A stretch of DNA of 26,309 bases from Clostridia bacterium (GTDB lineage: Bacteria > Bacillota > Clostridia > TANB77 > RGIG9151). The DNA lies in NCBI GenBank assembly GCA_016287855.1, contig JAEEXS010000011.1, forward strand, positions 1-26,309. The letters are read 5' to 3'. The position numbers and the translations under genes were made by a program. Below the pieces are notes generated by a model, which was not told the origin of the DNA, searched no databases, and saw only the letters and a program-made list of their open reading frames with translations. Each line of letters opens with the position of its first letter. The first letter of the stretch is position 1. Shown here in pieces: positions 25,692 through 26,309 of the stretch.

Positions 25692-26309
25692 ATGAAAAAA
25701 ATGATTTTTAAAGGATCAGGAGTAGCTTTGGTTACTCCTTTTTCAGACGATGGGGTTAATTTTGATGTGCTAGAGGAGCTTCTAGAGTTTCATGTAAAGA
25801 ATAGTACAGATGCTATTATTGTTTGTGGAACTACTGGAGAACCTGCTACAATGACTGAAGCAGAAAAGAAAGAAGTAATAAAGTTTACAGTAGAGAAAAT
25901 AAACGGAAGAATACCGGTTATTGCAGGAACAGGTGGAAACAATACCAAAGCTGTAATTGAAATGTCAAAGTATGCAGAAAGTGTTGGAGTAGATGGGTTA
26001 TTAATTGTTACACCGTACTATAATAAAACAACACAAAGAGGACTTATTGCTCATTATAAAGAAGTTGCTAGTAGTGTAAAGTTACCTATAATTATGTATA
26101 ATGTACCAGGTAGAACAGGGCTTAATATTGCGGCAAAAACTGTATATGAGTTATCTAAAATAGAAAATATTGTAGGCATAAAAGAGGCAAGTGGAAACTT
26201 TACTCAAATTGCTGAAATAGCAAGTCTTTGTGGAGATGATTTTTATATCTATTCTGGAAATGATGATCAAGTTGTACCTATGCTTGCACTAGGTGCAAAG
26301 GGTGATATC
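25692..26309 (+). CDS. dapA: 4-hydroxy-tetrahydrodipicolinate synthase (3' end beyond window)
   Basis: Not in the ORF track because there is no stop before the window end. ATG 25692 follows GAGGAG and the frame is open for 206 codons to nt 26309. Contains [47 protein letters not shown]. Confidence 0.93.
   Translation, partial: MKKMIFKGSGVALVTPFSDDGVNFDVLEELLEFHVKNSTDAIIVCGTTGEPATMTEAEKKEVIKFTVEKINGRIPVIAGTGGNNTKAVIEMSKYAESVGVDGLLIVTPYYNKTTQRGLIAHYKEVASSVKLPIIMYNVPGRTGLNIAAKTVYELSKIENIVGIKEASGNFTQIAEIASLCGDDFYIYSGNDDQVVPMLALGAKGDI

Overview
This is a chromosomal segment from a low-GC, endospore-forming Firmicute, probably Clostridia-like. Sampled 60-nt lines in backbone genes are about 30% G+C. 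I found no rRNA, tRNA, CRISPR array, transposase or integrase by eye.

Backbone, left to right:
- Two tandem paralogous zinc-ribbon membrane proteins (the first is cut by the window edge), followed by a cytoplasmic BspA-type LRR / coiled-coil protein.
- A YlmH-like S4-domain protein.
- The str operon (rpsL-rpsG-fusA-tuf), then ychF and an ABC-F ATPase.
- A LysM/YneA-like gene with a LexA-box promoter, divergent from spoIIE.
- ruvX, DUF1292, an alpha/beta SASP, ireB and a small unknown ORF.
- A minus-strand sporulation block, sigG -> ylmC/ymxH-like -> spoIVA -> cmk-like gene.
- sleB-like cortex hydrolase, a copper-amine-oxidase-N-domain protein, aspS, and the 5' part of dapA.

Many promoters (sigmaA, sigmaE, sigmaF/G types) and intrinsic terminators are readable directly.

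The most unusual signal is three separate single-gene islands of clearly higher G+C (sampled lines 38-55%) set into this AT-rich backbone. Each has its own host-type TTGACT-N17-TGnTAxxAT promoter and its own hairpin terminator:
- a ClpP-fold protein with an unrecognised N-terminal domain (5031-5912);
- a divergent Cmk-family kinase placed just downstream of spoIVA (17897-18541, minus strand);
- an orphan 197-aa protein (21553-22146), preceded by a 27-bp GC-rich inverted repeat and a long GGA-rich leader.

Whether the three islands are functionally linked is inference only.

All family calls come from motif recognition by eye. No database search was run.
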